Source: Octopus sinensis
Taxonomy: Eukaryota
Reading direction: 5' to 3'
NCBI RefSeq assembly: GCF_006345805.1
Contig: NW_021831969.1
Location: forward strand, 1 to 33,919
Length of the DNA stretch: 33,919 nucleotides
The position numbers and the translations under genes were made by a program. Below, in pieces: positions 23,451 through 33,919 of the stretch. A model generated the notes under the pieces. The model ran no database searches. It saw only the letters and a list, made by a program, of their open reading frames with translations, and was not told the origin of the DNA. Each line of letters begins with the position of its first letter. Position 1 is the stretch's first letter.

Positions 23451-23487
23451 CAAAATGAACAAGTGTAGAAAAAATTTTCCATATGAT

Positions 23488-25269
23488 CAAGAATGGGCTG
23501 AAAAGTTCACAGGCTAACAACAAAGGAGAGATGCGAGAGCCGTGGAATCTTGCTTGCAGTAATTTCACATCTTATTAATTACTGCATTGTTTCTTTCTGA
23601 GTAAACTGACATCTGATTGTTCAGAGAAACTTCAAATGCAATTATTAGCAATTTGTCTTGAAAATCAACAAAATTTGACATTGTGTAGTAATCAAGTACA
23701 TGCAGATAAAGGGTTTAACTCTCAAGAACATTCATGCTGATATGGTTGATACATCAGGGGGTGACACTCCAGCTTTATCAACAATGTAAAACTGGCAGCT
23801 CAGTTTAACAGAGGAAGAGAGAGTCTTGAGAAGACCCATGGTCTGGATGTCCTGCAGCTGCCACCACTGAGGAAGACATTGATTGTGTTCACCTCATGGT
23901 GAAGGATGACAGGCAATTGACTATAAAGCAAATAGTCAATGTTATTAGCACATGCCATGAGAGAGTGGAGAATATTTTGCACAATGAACTCAGCATGATG
24001 AAGGTTTCTGCTTCGTAGGTGTAATGTTTTTTGATACTTGATCAAAAACACACCAGGCTGATCACATTACAGGAATATCTGATGTTGTTTGAGACAGATC
24101 CAGCTAGTTTCCTTGAACATTTCCTAACACAGGATATGTGTTGGCTTCATCACTTTGAACCAGAAACAAAGAGGCAATCCATGCAGTGGAAACACTCCTC
24201 TTCATCTGCTCCAAAGAAGGGAAGGTCATTTTATCTGCAGGGAAGGTGATGGCCTCAGTTGTTTGGAATGCAAAAGGCATTGTGTTTATTGACTCTTGTC
24301 AAAATGATTATACCATCAATGAAGAGTTCCATGCCAACTTGGTAAAGCAGTTATGAGAGGCTATCAAGACCAAACATTCAGAAAAACTGTTGAAGGGAGC
24401 CTTGTTTCATTAGGACAATGCTTCAGCACACAAGACCTTGGTTTCAGTGGTTGCTGTGCATGACTGGCTTTGATCTGGTTGATTACTTGCCTCATTTTAG
24501 TGATTTGGCTCCATCTTACTCATCTGTTTCCCAACATGAAAAAACACCTGGCTGGGCACCAGTATTGCTGTGATGATGACATCTTATCTGCAGTTAGTGA
24601 CTTTTTTTACCAACAGGATACCTTTTACATCAATGTGATCTTTAGCTGGAAGTGGTGTCCCTGGCCATCTTATTACAAATTCTTGCTTCTCATGATTTGC
24701 ATGTAAAACAGTTGGAATAATACAAGAAATGAGCTTTCAGTTAACAGTGATACTTCATTCTTCCACTAAATAAAATTATACGGTGAACCAAATTAATACA
24801 TCTGGAAGAATGCTATCTGTAGAAAATTATACATAGTTGGCTTTTCAACTCAGTTGAACTTGGTTACATGTGCCTCAAATGGAACGAAAATAATGTGACA
24901 TAGCTTCCTGAAACAACCCTCCCCTCTGAATTAAAATGAAAAGCTTGTGCTATTTATTTACAAAAAGAGGCTCCAGCTAGTATTTTTAATTTGCCACTTT
25001 TGGTGGTCTAATGCCAGACTCAACCAAGTATTTCAATGTCACATGGCTGGTGTATGACCAGTTATTATAGTCTTGTGCCTGGAGCCTTTTTTTAATTATT
25101 TGGGTCTAAAACATGCAATTAGGAAATTAGTCTCACTACAGATCCAAGCACTGCAACACTGATGGAAGTGTGTGGACAGTAAGAGGAACTATGTTAAAAA
25201 ATGAACTTCATTTAGACACATTCCATGAAAGTGTCTTACTCAGCCTATGAACATTTTAGCTATTCCTCA
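23488..25269 (+). mobile_element. mariner (DD34D) transposon relic with both TIRs, interrupted by a 500-bp insert
   Basis: HTH region NRGRESLE.DPWSG, KVSAS*V. Catalytic motifs LTQDMCW..HFEPETKRQSMQW, FH*DNASAH, SDLAPS. C-terminus IQALQH*WK.CVD resumes at 25141. TIRs caagaatgggctgaaaagttcacaggct and cagcctatgaacattttagctattcctca followed by TA. Confidence 0.9.
24641..25140. mobile_element. Unclassified 500-bp insertion within the mariner transposase
   Basis: The mariner reading FYING-IQALQH is broken here. GATC flanks both sides (24637-40 and 25141-44). Internal inverted pair aaaaagaggctccag (~24963) and ctggagcctttttt (~25079). Confidence 0.55.
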
Positions 25270-25384
25270 TAATTATTATACCTGTAATTGCTCCAATATT
25301 AACATTGAAAACATCTACTTTTTTCATACAAGATTTTGGACCAGAGTTTGTGCCCCCTAAGCAAATTTTGTTCCCAGGCCACTG

Positions 25385-25612
25385 TATGTAACATGCATTG
25401 AGAATGTTATTTGTGTAAAGTACCAAATAGATGGAAGGAAAAACTGAGAAAGACATAAGTAGAAGTGTTGAAGGCTGATTTTGATAGGATAAATATCAAG
25501 AATGAAATGGCAAAAGACCTCAACAAATAGTGAATCACTGAACAAGACTGTCCCAACTCATGCAAAAATAGTAAAATGGACATAAAAAATTATAATGGTG
25601 ATGGAGGTTGTA
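25385..25612 (+). mobile_element. RTE LINE relic, right part
   Basis: atgcattgagaatg..gtgtaaag..EKT*VEVLKADF.., then tail gactgtcccaactcatgc..aatggacataaaa..atggtgatgga. Confidence 0.65.
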
Positions 25613-25619
25613 TGCTTAA

Positions 25620-26170
25620 TATTCACTTTTGGGTATAACTCATCTATTACATTCATATTAAGTCTCCTTACTACTAATAATTTTTGTTACTATCTACCAC
25701 TCTTGCTCTCTTCATTACTTCTTCATCTACCACCCACTCTTGCTAATATCACTGTACCTATTTTTAATAATTATTCTCCTTCCTATCTTCTCATTATACT
25801 GCCTTTGTAATGAGGTGTACCAACCATTTGGATCTGTCAATTTCCAATCCTCCTTTAATATTCTTCCTCACTATTATTCCAATTATTCCCTCCTGTATCA
25901 CTCATTATATCACTCTCTATCATTCAATAGTGGTATCCATCTTTTTGTCTGTCTTTCTTTCTTCCATTACTTCCTTATGTTTAATATTTTCACCTAAATA
26001 TTCCTTACTCATTGCAATTTTACTCAATCTCCACAACAACCATCATATCAGTTGCTCTTTTCACTCTGATTCTCTACTATTACTATTTACTATTACTCCC
26101 TTACTTTGGTTATCTTCTGTCACTCTATTTTCTATCACTCTCACTTTCTCCTATCAATCTGCTTTATATG
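25620..26170 (+). repeat. T/C-rich low-complexity tract (degenerate TTA/TCA/TCT triplets)
   Basis: Strong G depletion on the + strand. Confidence 0.6.
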
Positions 26171-27142
26171 AGAGGAGTTAACCATGCATACCTACCAATG
26201 TTGTCCATGTCCTACCTGCCAGATGGGTATTTTTATCTACCCATTCTGATTATGAAATCCAGTATACATTGGTCTAATATCCTGGATGCCAACATGATGT
26301 GCCACAGAGATAGAATTAACCTGCCTCTTATAATTTTATGCCTAATCTTATAACTCTTGTAACAAGTGCTGATGCAGTGTGGAGAGGGACACCCCAAGAC
26401 CAGGAGACAGTGCCATGGACATCTATCTATCCATTTGCAATTACATTCTAACAAGGTCCCTCCCCTGAAAGACTAATTATTTGTTCTCCAAGACTCCACT
26501 TCTCATACAGTGCAACCACAGAGGATGCTGCCACACAGGCAGCAGTAGATTCATAACTTCTCCCACCTATCCAAACTTTTAATGTTATGAAACTATGGAA
26601 GTGACAATATTTCATTATCACAAACACGCATGATGCTATGACTACCACAGCAAAATATATATCTGTTTGTGGTTTTAAGAAGTCCTGATTTGTGTTGAAC
26701 TTGGATTGTAATGAGGGAGGACTGCACCAAGTGACCAACTTTACTCTTTTGTTACTGACTGTCTGGACCAGTGGCAAGACACCGAAATGATTGGGGGTAT
26801 ATCTTGGATTTAGTGGAATGATCAGATGCTCTGAGGTATTCTTGCTGCGATGTTGGTGGATGTTACTTTTCTATTCATTAAAACTTGACTGCTGAAGTTG
26901 GGTTTTCTCTGTGAAATCTGCCAAAAATCTGATCTTCTTGAGCATCTCAAGCATATACACACACAATACTGGATGGTCATTGACTCTACTGAATTTGTCC
27001 ACTCTTTGTTAGTAAAAGAGTGTTATAGTAAAAAACATCACTTACCTCATTAAGAAGTATCACTCATGAATGACCTGATAAATTAAACTAAATATAATAT
27101 AGAAAGGGAGATCATAGTTACTGTGTAGATCACCGATCATCA

Positions 27143-27360
27143 GAGTTACCTCAGTACTAGTCTATAGGGATAGCAGGAGAATTTGGATGTCTCCTTAGTA
27201 CTATACATTATGATAGGGAATTTTTATAGAGATAGTTTCATATCCTCCATATTACATCTAGCTTGAGAAGATACTAGCTATTTCTATAAAACTCCCTATC
27301 ATACCATGGAGACATCAATTACCCTCTAACTATCTCTATGGATTAATATTGAGGAAATCT
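27143..27360. repeat. Degenerate palindrome / MITE-like inverted repeat
   Basis: ctatagggatag..gatgtctcc..tatgatagggaatttttatagagatag pairs with ctatttctataaaactccctatcata..ggagacatc..ctatctctatgg. Spacer is ~40 bp. Confidence 0.65.
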
Positions 27361-27827
27361 TATACTTCTGTAGTTTTCAATGCAACTATGAAACCTCTGA
27401 TAGCCAAACCCAAATCTAAGCACAAGTAGACAAGACACTAGGCTATCTTTCTATAAGACATCATACCAGCTTGTGCCTATCATCTAGGACAGAGGCAAAC
27501 TGTATTCAGCAGTCTTTACTGTAGTTGTAAATCTCCTGATTGCTAACAATTCCTCTGGTATTAAGCTTAGTACGTTGACCTATGAGTAGAGCACGATGAC
27601 CATTGTTATGAGGAGGGGCCTCTTTAGTCCTTACCAGTACAGTGACATAAGGAATTCTTTAGACCAATCACTGCTACTGGTGACGTGATAGAAAAATGTT
27701 CCTTTCTATACACTTGGTGAGTGTGGAAGAAAGAAGTAACTTTCTTTAATTTTATTTGAAATAAATAAATGGTAATAATGAAAGGCAGAGTGGTTTCTTT
27801 AGTCTTTCTGAGAATGATACACTATTT

Positions 27828-28070
27828 CTGGTGCTAGTGCCATGATCAAATGCACCCAGTACACTCTGTAAAGTTGTTGATGTTGGAAAGACATCCAGCC
27901 ATACAATTCACACCACAAAAATAGAATGTATATGCATAACATAGTCCACGACCACATCTAAATGGACAGTAACTTCAAATAAAACAGAGCTGGACTATGA
28001 CAACCTACCCAATCCATGTCAGTAAGGAAAAGTGATCATAAAACGGTGTGGTGGTGGTGAGGGTGATATT
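27828..28070 (+). mobile_element. Decayed RTE-tail element
   Basis: gtgctagtgccatg..cactctgtaaagttgttgatgttggaaagacatccagcc..ccaatccatgtcagtaaggaaaag..gtggtggtggtga. Confidence 0.6.
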
Positions 28071-28519
28071 TTTAAAGCTGAATACTCCTTCATAGTTCAT
28101 ACAACTACATGGTGTGTGTGGTGAAGGGATAAGTGAAAAAGCCGTCTGTAATTTCAAATCAGTATGGATGTCTGATTTATGTGTGGAGAATTTATGTTGT
28201 ACTGGTTAAACCATTTTTTGGGGTTTTTTTTTATAACAGTGCATCACACCAAAAATATTAGTTTTTTTTTTTTTTCAAGTTTATCTGAAATACTCCTCCC
28301 CAGTGTCATATAACTAATTTTACTATCTAAATAAATTTTATAATACAATTTATGTTTTTTTTTTCTTAGTAAGAAATTACAATTATCATCATAGAACTTC
28401 AAAAGCTCTCCCTGAATACTCTTCCGGAGGAAAATATGGTCCATCAGAATTGGAGGTAATGATCTAATTTAAATTTTTATTAAACTTAGGGTTTCCATCT
28501 CCATACAAAAGAACTAAGT

Positions 28520-28680
28520 TGAATAGCTGCAGCAGTTTGATAGAAATCCATTGGATGCATGAGAGTCTGTCACAATTGAACTGAGAGTGTGTACAGGAGA
28601 GGCTACATTGTGGTATGGACATATGCCAATAACTAATGAGTGTAAAATAACATGTCTATGTATTTTAAGTGATAACTCTG
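28520..28680 (+). mobile_element. Short decayed RTE C-terminal fragment
   Basis: gtgtgtacaggagaggctacattgtggtatggacatatg gives CVQER.L.WYGHM. Confidence 0.4.
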
Positions 28681-28682
28681 TA

Positions 28683-28712
28683 ACATACACACACACACAC
28701 ACACATATAATA

Positions 28713-28750
<38 letters not shown>
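28683..28750. repeat. (CA)n(TA)n microsatellite
   Basis: Directly visible. Confidence 0.95.
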
Positions 28751-28753
<3 letters not shown>

Positions 28754-28754
28754 T

Positions 28755-28880
28755 TCATCACCATGTCCATTATTCCATGTTCACACGAATCACATGCAAT
28801 TTTTATTGAGACGTGTTCTACAGTCAGGTGCCCTTCCTCTCACCAACCTTCATATTTTTCCAAATAAGATATTTCCCTAT
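28755..28880 (-). mobile_element. RTE-tail remnant
   Basis: ctacagtcaggtgcccttcctctcaccaacc is the reverse complement of the ggttggcgttaggaagggcatccagctgtag module. Confidence 0.55.
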
Positions 28881-28936
28881 TACCAGACATTTTCATATCT
28901 TATTAATGAAGTACCCTGCTTGCATGACAAGCACAC

Positions 28937-29012
<76 letters not shown>
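28937..29012. repeat. (CA)n(TA)n microsatellite
   Basis: Directly visible. Confidence 0.95.
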
Positions 29013-29014
<2 letters not shown>

Positions 29015-29088
29015 AAAATAAGCAACAAGAATGGATCCAGTAATTTAGTACAATTGTTTCATGCTATAATCTAAATTGTTTGCGAACT

Positions 29089-29136
29089 TATATATATATT
29101 ATTATATATACTATACTATGTTATATATATTATATA

Positions 29137-29167
<31 letters not shown>

Positions 29168-29575
29168 GATATATATATCATATGTTATATATATATTATA
29201 TATATATATTATATATATTATGTATATATATATACTATATAATATATATATTATATATATATTATATAATATATATATTATATATATATATCTATTATGT
29301 ATATATCTACTATATATATATATATTATATACTATATATTATATTATATATATATATCTTATAATATATATATATACTATATATATATATATATATATCT
29401 ATTATATATTATATTATGTCTATATATGTTATATACTATATACTATATATATAATATATTATATATATATATATTATGTATATTATGTATATATACTATA
29501 TACTATTATATATATATATACTATATATATATATAGATATAATATATAATATCTATATATATATATTATACTCTA

Positions 29576-29613
<38 letters not shown>

Positions 29614-31320
29614 TATATTATATATATATAATATATATATATTACTATATATATATGTAATATATATATATATATACTATATATATATATATACTATATC
29701 TATTAGATATATATATATATACTATTTATCTTATATAGATCTATATATATTATATATTATATATATATATATATATATCTATATATACTATATATATATA
29801 TATATATCTATATATCTATATATATATATAGCTCTTATATATATATATATATTATATCTATATATATATTATAATATATATATATTATATATATATATAT
29901 ATTATATATATATATATTATATATATATATATATTATTATATCTATATATATTATATATATATATATTATATATATATTATATATATTATATATATATAT
30001 TATATATATATATATATTATATATATACTATTATTATATATATATATATATTTATATATTCTATATATATTATATATATATATATTATTATATATATATA
30101 TATTATATCTATATATATATATTCTATATCTATCTATATATATATCTAATTATATAATTAATCTATTATTCTATTATCTATATATATATTAATATATATA
30201 TATCTATATATTATATATAATATTATATATATCTATATATTAATATATTATATATTATATATATTATAATATATCTATTCCCTATATATCTATCTATAAT
30301 ATATACTATATCTCTATTACTATCTACTATATATCCTATAACCTATATATATATATATATATCTATACTTCTATATATATATCTATCTCTATATATATAT
30401 ATATATACTATATACTATATATTAATATATACTATATCATTATATATATATTCTATATATACTATATCCTATATATATTACTATATACTAATATATATAC
30501 TATATACTCTATATATACTATAATATATAGATATATACTATATACTATATATATATACTCAACTATATATATATACCTCTATATATATACTATATATATA
30601 TATATATAATTACTATATACTATATATATATCCTATATATATATACTATATTATATATATATATATATATAACTATATATATATCTATATACTATATTAT
30701 ATATACTATATATATAATATATAATATACTACTATATATATTACTATATACTATATATATATACTATATACTATATATATATACTATATATATATATATA
30801 ACTATATACTAATATATATACTATCTATATATATATATATACTATATACTATATATATATACTTATATATATATATATACTATATATATATATATATACT
30901 ATATACTATATATATACTATATACTATATATAAATATCAATACTAATATATAAAGATACAATATATATATCTATATACTATATATATATCGATTACAATA
31001 ATATATATACGATATATATATATATATATACGATATATATATATATATACGATATACTATATAATATACGAATATATATCTATATATACATATACTATAT
31101 ATATACGATATATATATATATATACTAATACTATATATAATATGTATATATAATCTATATACTATATATAATATATATATAACGATATATATATATATAT
31201 ACTATATACTAATATATATACGATATATATATATTATACTATATACTATATATATATACGTTATATATATATATACGATATATATATATATATACTCATA
31301 TCTATATATATATACGATAT

Positions 31321-31353
<33 letters not shown>

Positions 31354-31394
31354 CTATATATTATATATACTACTATATCTAATATATATATATA

Positions 31395-31430
<36 letters not shown>

Positions 31431-31566
31431 TATATACTATATATATATACGAATATATATATATATTATATATATAATATATATATTATAATATACTATA
31501 TACTATATAATATACAATATAATATAATATATATATATTATATACTATATACTATATATATATACG

Positions 31567-31609
<43 letters not shown>

Positions 31610-32218
31610 CTATATACTATATATATATACTATATATATGTATATATATATATACTATATACTATTATATAACTATCTATATATGTATATATATATAATA
31701 CTTATATATATACCTATATATATATATATCTATATATATATACTATATATATATAATATATAATATACTACTATATACTATATATATATATATCTATAAT
31801 ATTATACTATATATATATACTATATATATAATATATCTATATATATATACTATATATATATATATAATATATCTATATATACTATATATACTATATATAT
31901 TATATACTATATACTATATATACTATATATATATATACTATATATATATATATATATATATATATTATCTCTATATAATATTATGTGTATATTATATATA
32001 TATATTATATATTATCTATATATTATTATGTGTATATATATATATAATATATATATTATCTCTATATATATTATGTGTATATCTATATATATATATATAT
32101 ATATTATCTATATATTATTATGTGTATATATATATATATATATTATATTATCTATATATATATTATGTGTATATATATATATATATATATATTATATATC
32201 TATTATCTATATATATAT

Positions 32219-32260
<42 letters not shown>

Positions 32261-32297
32261 TCATATATATATATATATTATATATATATATATCTAT
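29089..32297. repeat. ~3.2 kb TA-based satellite array with variant sub-domains
   Basis: (TA)n interrupted by TTA, TAC, TCT, ACGA and TGTG variants. All IY-rich ORFs here are artefacts. Confidence 0.97.
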
Positions 32298-32355
32298 ATT
32301 ATTGGTGAATTGAAGAAATGGAGCTGAACGCAGATTGAACAGAAATCGTTTTTTA

Positions 32356-32443
32356 TTCATTCTACACGTGTTTCGAAAGGCACAAATTACCAAAATCCGA
32401 TTGAATAATGGGACCATATTGGTGTCTTTCTCTTCAGGAAGAA
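32356..32443 (-). ncRNA. Type I hammerhead ribozyme motif (PLE-type, palindromic stem III)
   Basis: Minus strand reads TTCTTC-CTGAAGA-GAAAGACAC..GTGCCTTTC-GAAAC-ACGT-GTA-GAATGAA. All core nucleotides are present and stems I, II and III can pair. Confidence 0.75.
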
Positions 32444-32571
32444 AAAGGAAATCCGTTGGAAAAACAAAAACAGAACAGAGGCGGAGCAAAAAACAAATCG
32501 AACTGTGCTCCTAAGAGCCCATGGCGACCTGTTTATCAGTGTATGTTGAGAACCGGTGGCTGAAGAATTCA

Positions 32572-33865
32572 ACGGGTCAGGCATCGGTCAATCATGTGGG
32601 TGAGGGTGTATAGATGTTCTTTGTGACCGAGAATAAAGTTCTGACTATTTAAGGAATATTGGATGTTTTATAAGGGGCGAGAAAAAATCTACTTAGAGAC
32701 TGTGTGTGTTATACTGTTCTATATTGTGTGTGTTGGCGTAGGGGTAGAAAACATTTTTGTGTACGTGTGTGCGTTTGATCGTTCGGCTGTCAGTGGCTAC
32801 TGCCGTGATAACCGTTGGTGGCAGAAAGAAAAAAAAAAAAAAAAAAAAAAATAATATATATATATATGTTTTTATGTGTGTGTGTGTGTTCATCTAAGCC
32901 TGCCTTGTCAAGGAAACCCCCTGCTGTGAAAAAACCAAGCCCCGTTTGTCTTACAGGAGTAATTCCCCTTGCAGTGGTTAATCGTAGATATCTTAAAGGC
33001 TATTTCAGAATTTGTTACCAAGGGCTATGGGTGCCGGTATTATTTATAAACGCTATTTAAAGGCCAGATAAGTGTAACGCCGCCAATGGGGCATCATCCT
33101 CAAGATTGTCTTTGCGTGTCTCCAACCATTACGCAACTTTTCAGGACGTGAACAAGCGCCAGACCACGGGACTCAGTAAGCTAATATGGCGACTGAAGGA
33201 TGCGAACTTAAGCTATAGGCTGGAATGGTCAATTTTGTCGGTGGCCCCCATTTGATAGGGGCAGAAGACAGTGCAACCTTTGTGTCTCCGAACTCTTCCA
33301 TATTTTGTTTGCCAGAGGCCGGATGGTAAACGGGCTCTTACAGTCGCTTTTCGATGCCCCCATTGGCGGCGTTACACTTATCTGGCCTTTAAATAGCGTT
33401 TATAAATAATACCGGCACCCATAGCCCTGGTAACAAATTCTGAAATAGCCTTTAAGATATCTACGATTAACCACTGCAAGGGGAATTACTCCTGTAAGAC
33501 AAACGGGGCTTGGTTTTCTCACAGCGGGGGTTTCCTTGACAAGGCAGGCTTAGATGAACACACACACACATAAAACATAATATATATATATTTTTTTTAT
33601 TTTTTTCTTTCTGCCACCCACGGTTATCACGGCAGTAGCCACTGACAGCCGAACGATCAAACGCACACACGTACACAAAAAATGTTTTCTACCCCTACGC
33701 CAACACACACACATATAGAACAGTATACACACACACACGTCTCTAAGTAGATTTTTTCTTGCCCCTATAAAACATCCAATATTCCTTAAATAGTCAGAAC
33801 TTTATTCTCGGTCACAAAGACATCTATACACCCTCACCCACAAGATTGACCGATGCCTGACCCGT
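32572..33865. repeat. Long inverted repeat: arms 32572-33095 and 33353-33865, 257-bp spacer
   Basis: Arms match end to end (acgggtcaggcatcggtcaatc..aatggggcatc), differing mostly by small indels. Patchy similarity continues outward to the window end. Confidence 0.95.
33015..33335 (+). pseudogene. Penelope-like GIY-YIG endonuclease fragment (Naiad-like C-terminus)
   Basis: GAGIIYK..GASSSRLSLRVSNHYATFQDVNKRQTTGLSKLIWRLKDANLSYRLEWSILSVA, then after a frameshift PFDRGRRQCNLCVSELFHILF. Fits the R..NH..F/T.LS..IW.LK/W.I/CxLC..E pattern. Confidence 0.72.
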
Positions 33866-33919
33866 ACCGTGATAAACAGTTTGTGGTCTTAGGAGGGGGT
33901 TGTGGTTCCGTTGGTTTGT

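Larger units (their letters stand above)
18896..25384 (+). mobile_element. hAT DNA transposon (~6.5 kb including nested insertions)
   Basis: Termini caaaggcttaggaaca and tgttcccaggccactg (12/16 inverted match) with G/C-rich subterminal motifs. 8-bp flanks tatataac (18888-95) and tatgtaac (25385-92). Internal hAT transposase relic. The RTE sequence resumes after it. Confidence 0.72.

Noticed and set aside
26560-26900. Possible second Naiad-like relic on the minus strand (STNIAARI, TDIYFAVV, HFHSF)
   Set aside because: The motif matches are too weak and frameshifted to support without an HMM search.
29080-32327. IY/YI-rich ORFs (also 3699-4097 and 28794-29021)
   Set aside because: They are translations of TA/TATC/CA microsatellites with no coding signal.
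33240-33262. In-frame TGA in the Naiad-like fragment as selenocysteine
   Set aside because: The downstream CxLC motif is in another frame, so a homopolymer frameshift explains it. I saw no SECIS.
33095-33353. Sequencing adapter at the centre of the inverted repeat
   Set aside because: The spacer is PLE-like coding sequence with no SMRTbell-type adapter. An artefact remains possible but is not shown.

Overview
AT-rich metazoan repeat-dense DNA. I recognise no host protein-coding exon, and most listed ORFs are translations of decayed transposons or microsatellites. The repeat families resemble those of coleoid cephalopods, probably Octopus (inference): tRNA/CORE-like SINEs, RTE LINEs with (TGA)n tails, and TA/CA/TATC microsatellites. 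The window is a layered transposon graveyard. It contains RTE, CR1/Jockey-group and Hero-like (RLE) LINE relics, Penelope-like fragments, and non-autonomous Helitrons, one inserted cleanly into a SINE. It also holds a mariner MITE and a ~6.5 kb hAT element (TIRs plus 8-bp TSD) that splits an RTE relic and itself carries a mariner with a further 500-bp insert. A ~3.2 kb TA-based array follows. The most interesting items are (1) a complete type I hammerhead ribozyme motif (minus strand, 32356-32443) next to a ~1.3 kb foldback centred on a Penelope-like GIY-YIG fragment, (2) a young, CpG-rich CR1-like LINE (15362-17201) that is a horizontal-transfer candidate, and (3) LINE/SINE 3' tail sharing visible within the window. 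I cannot support a wholly new biological system from sequence alone.
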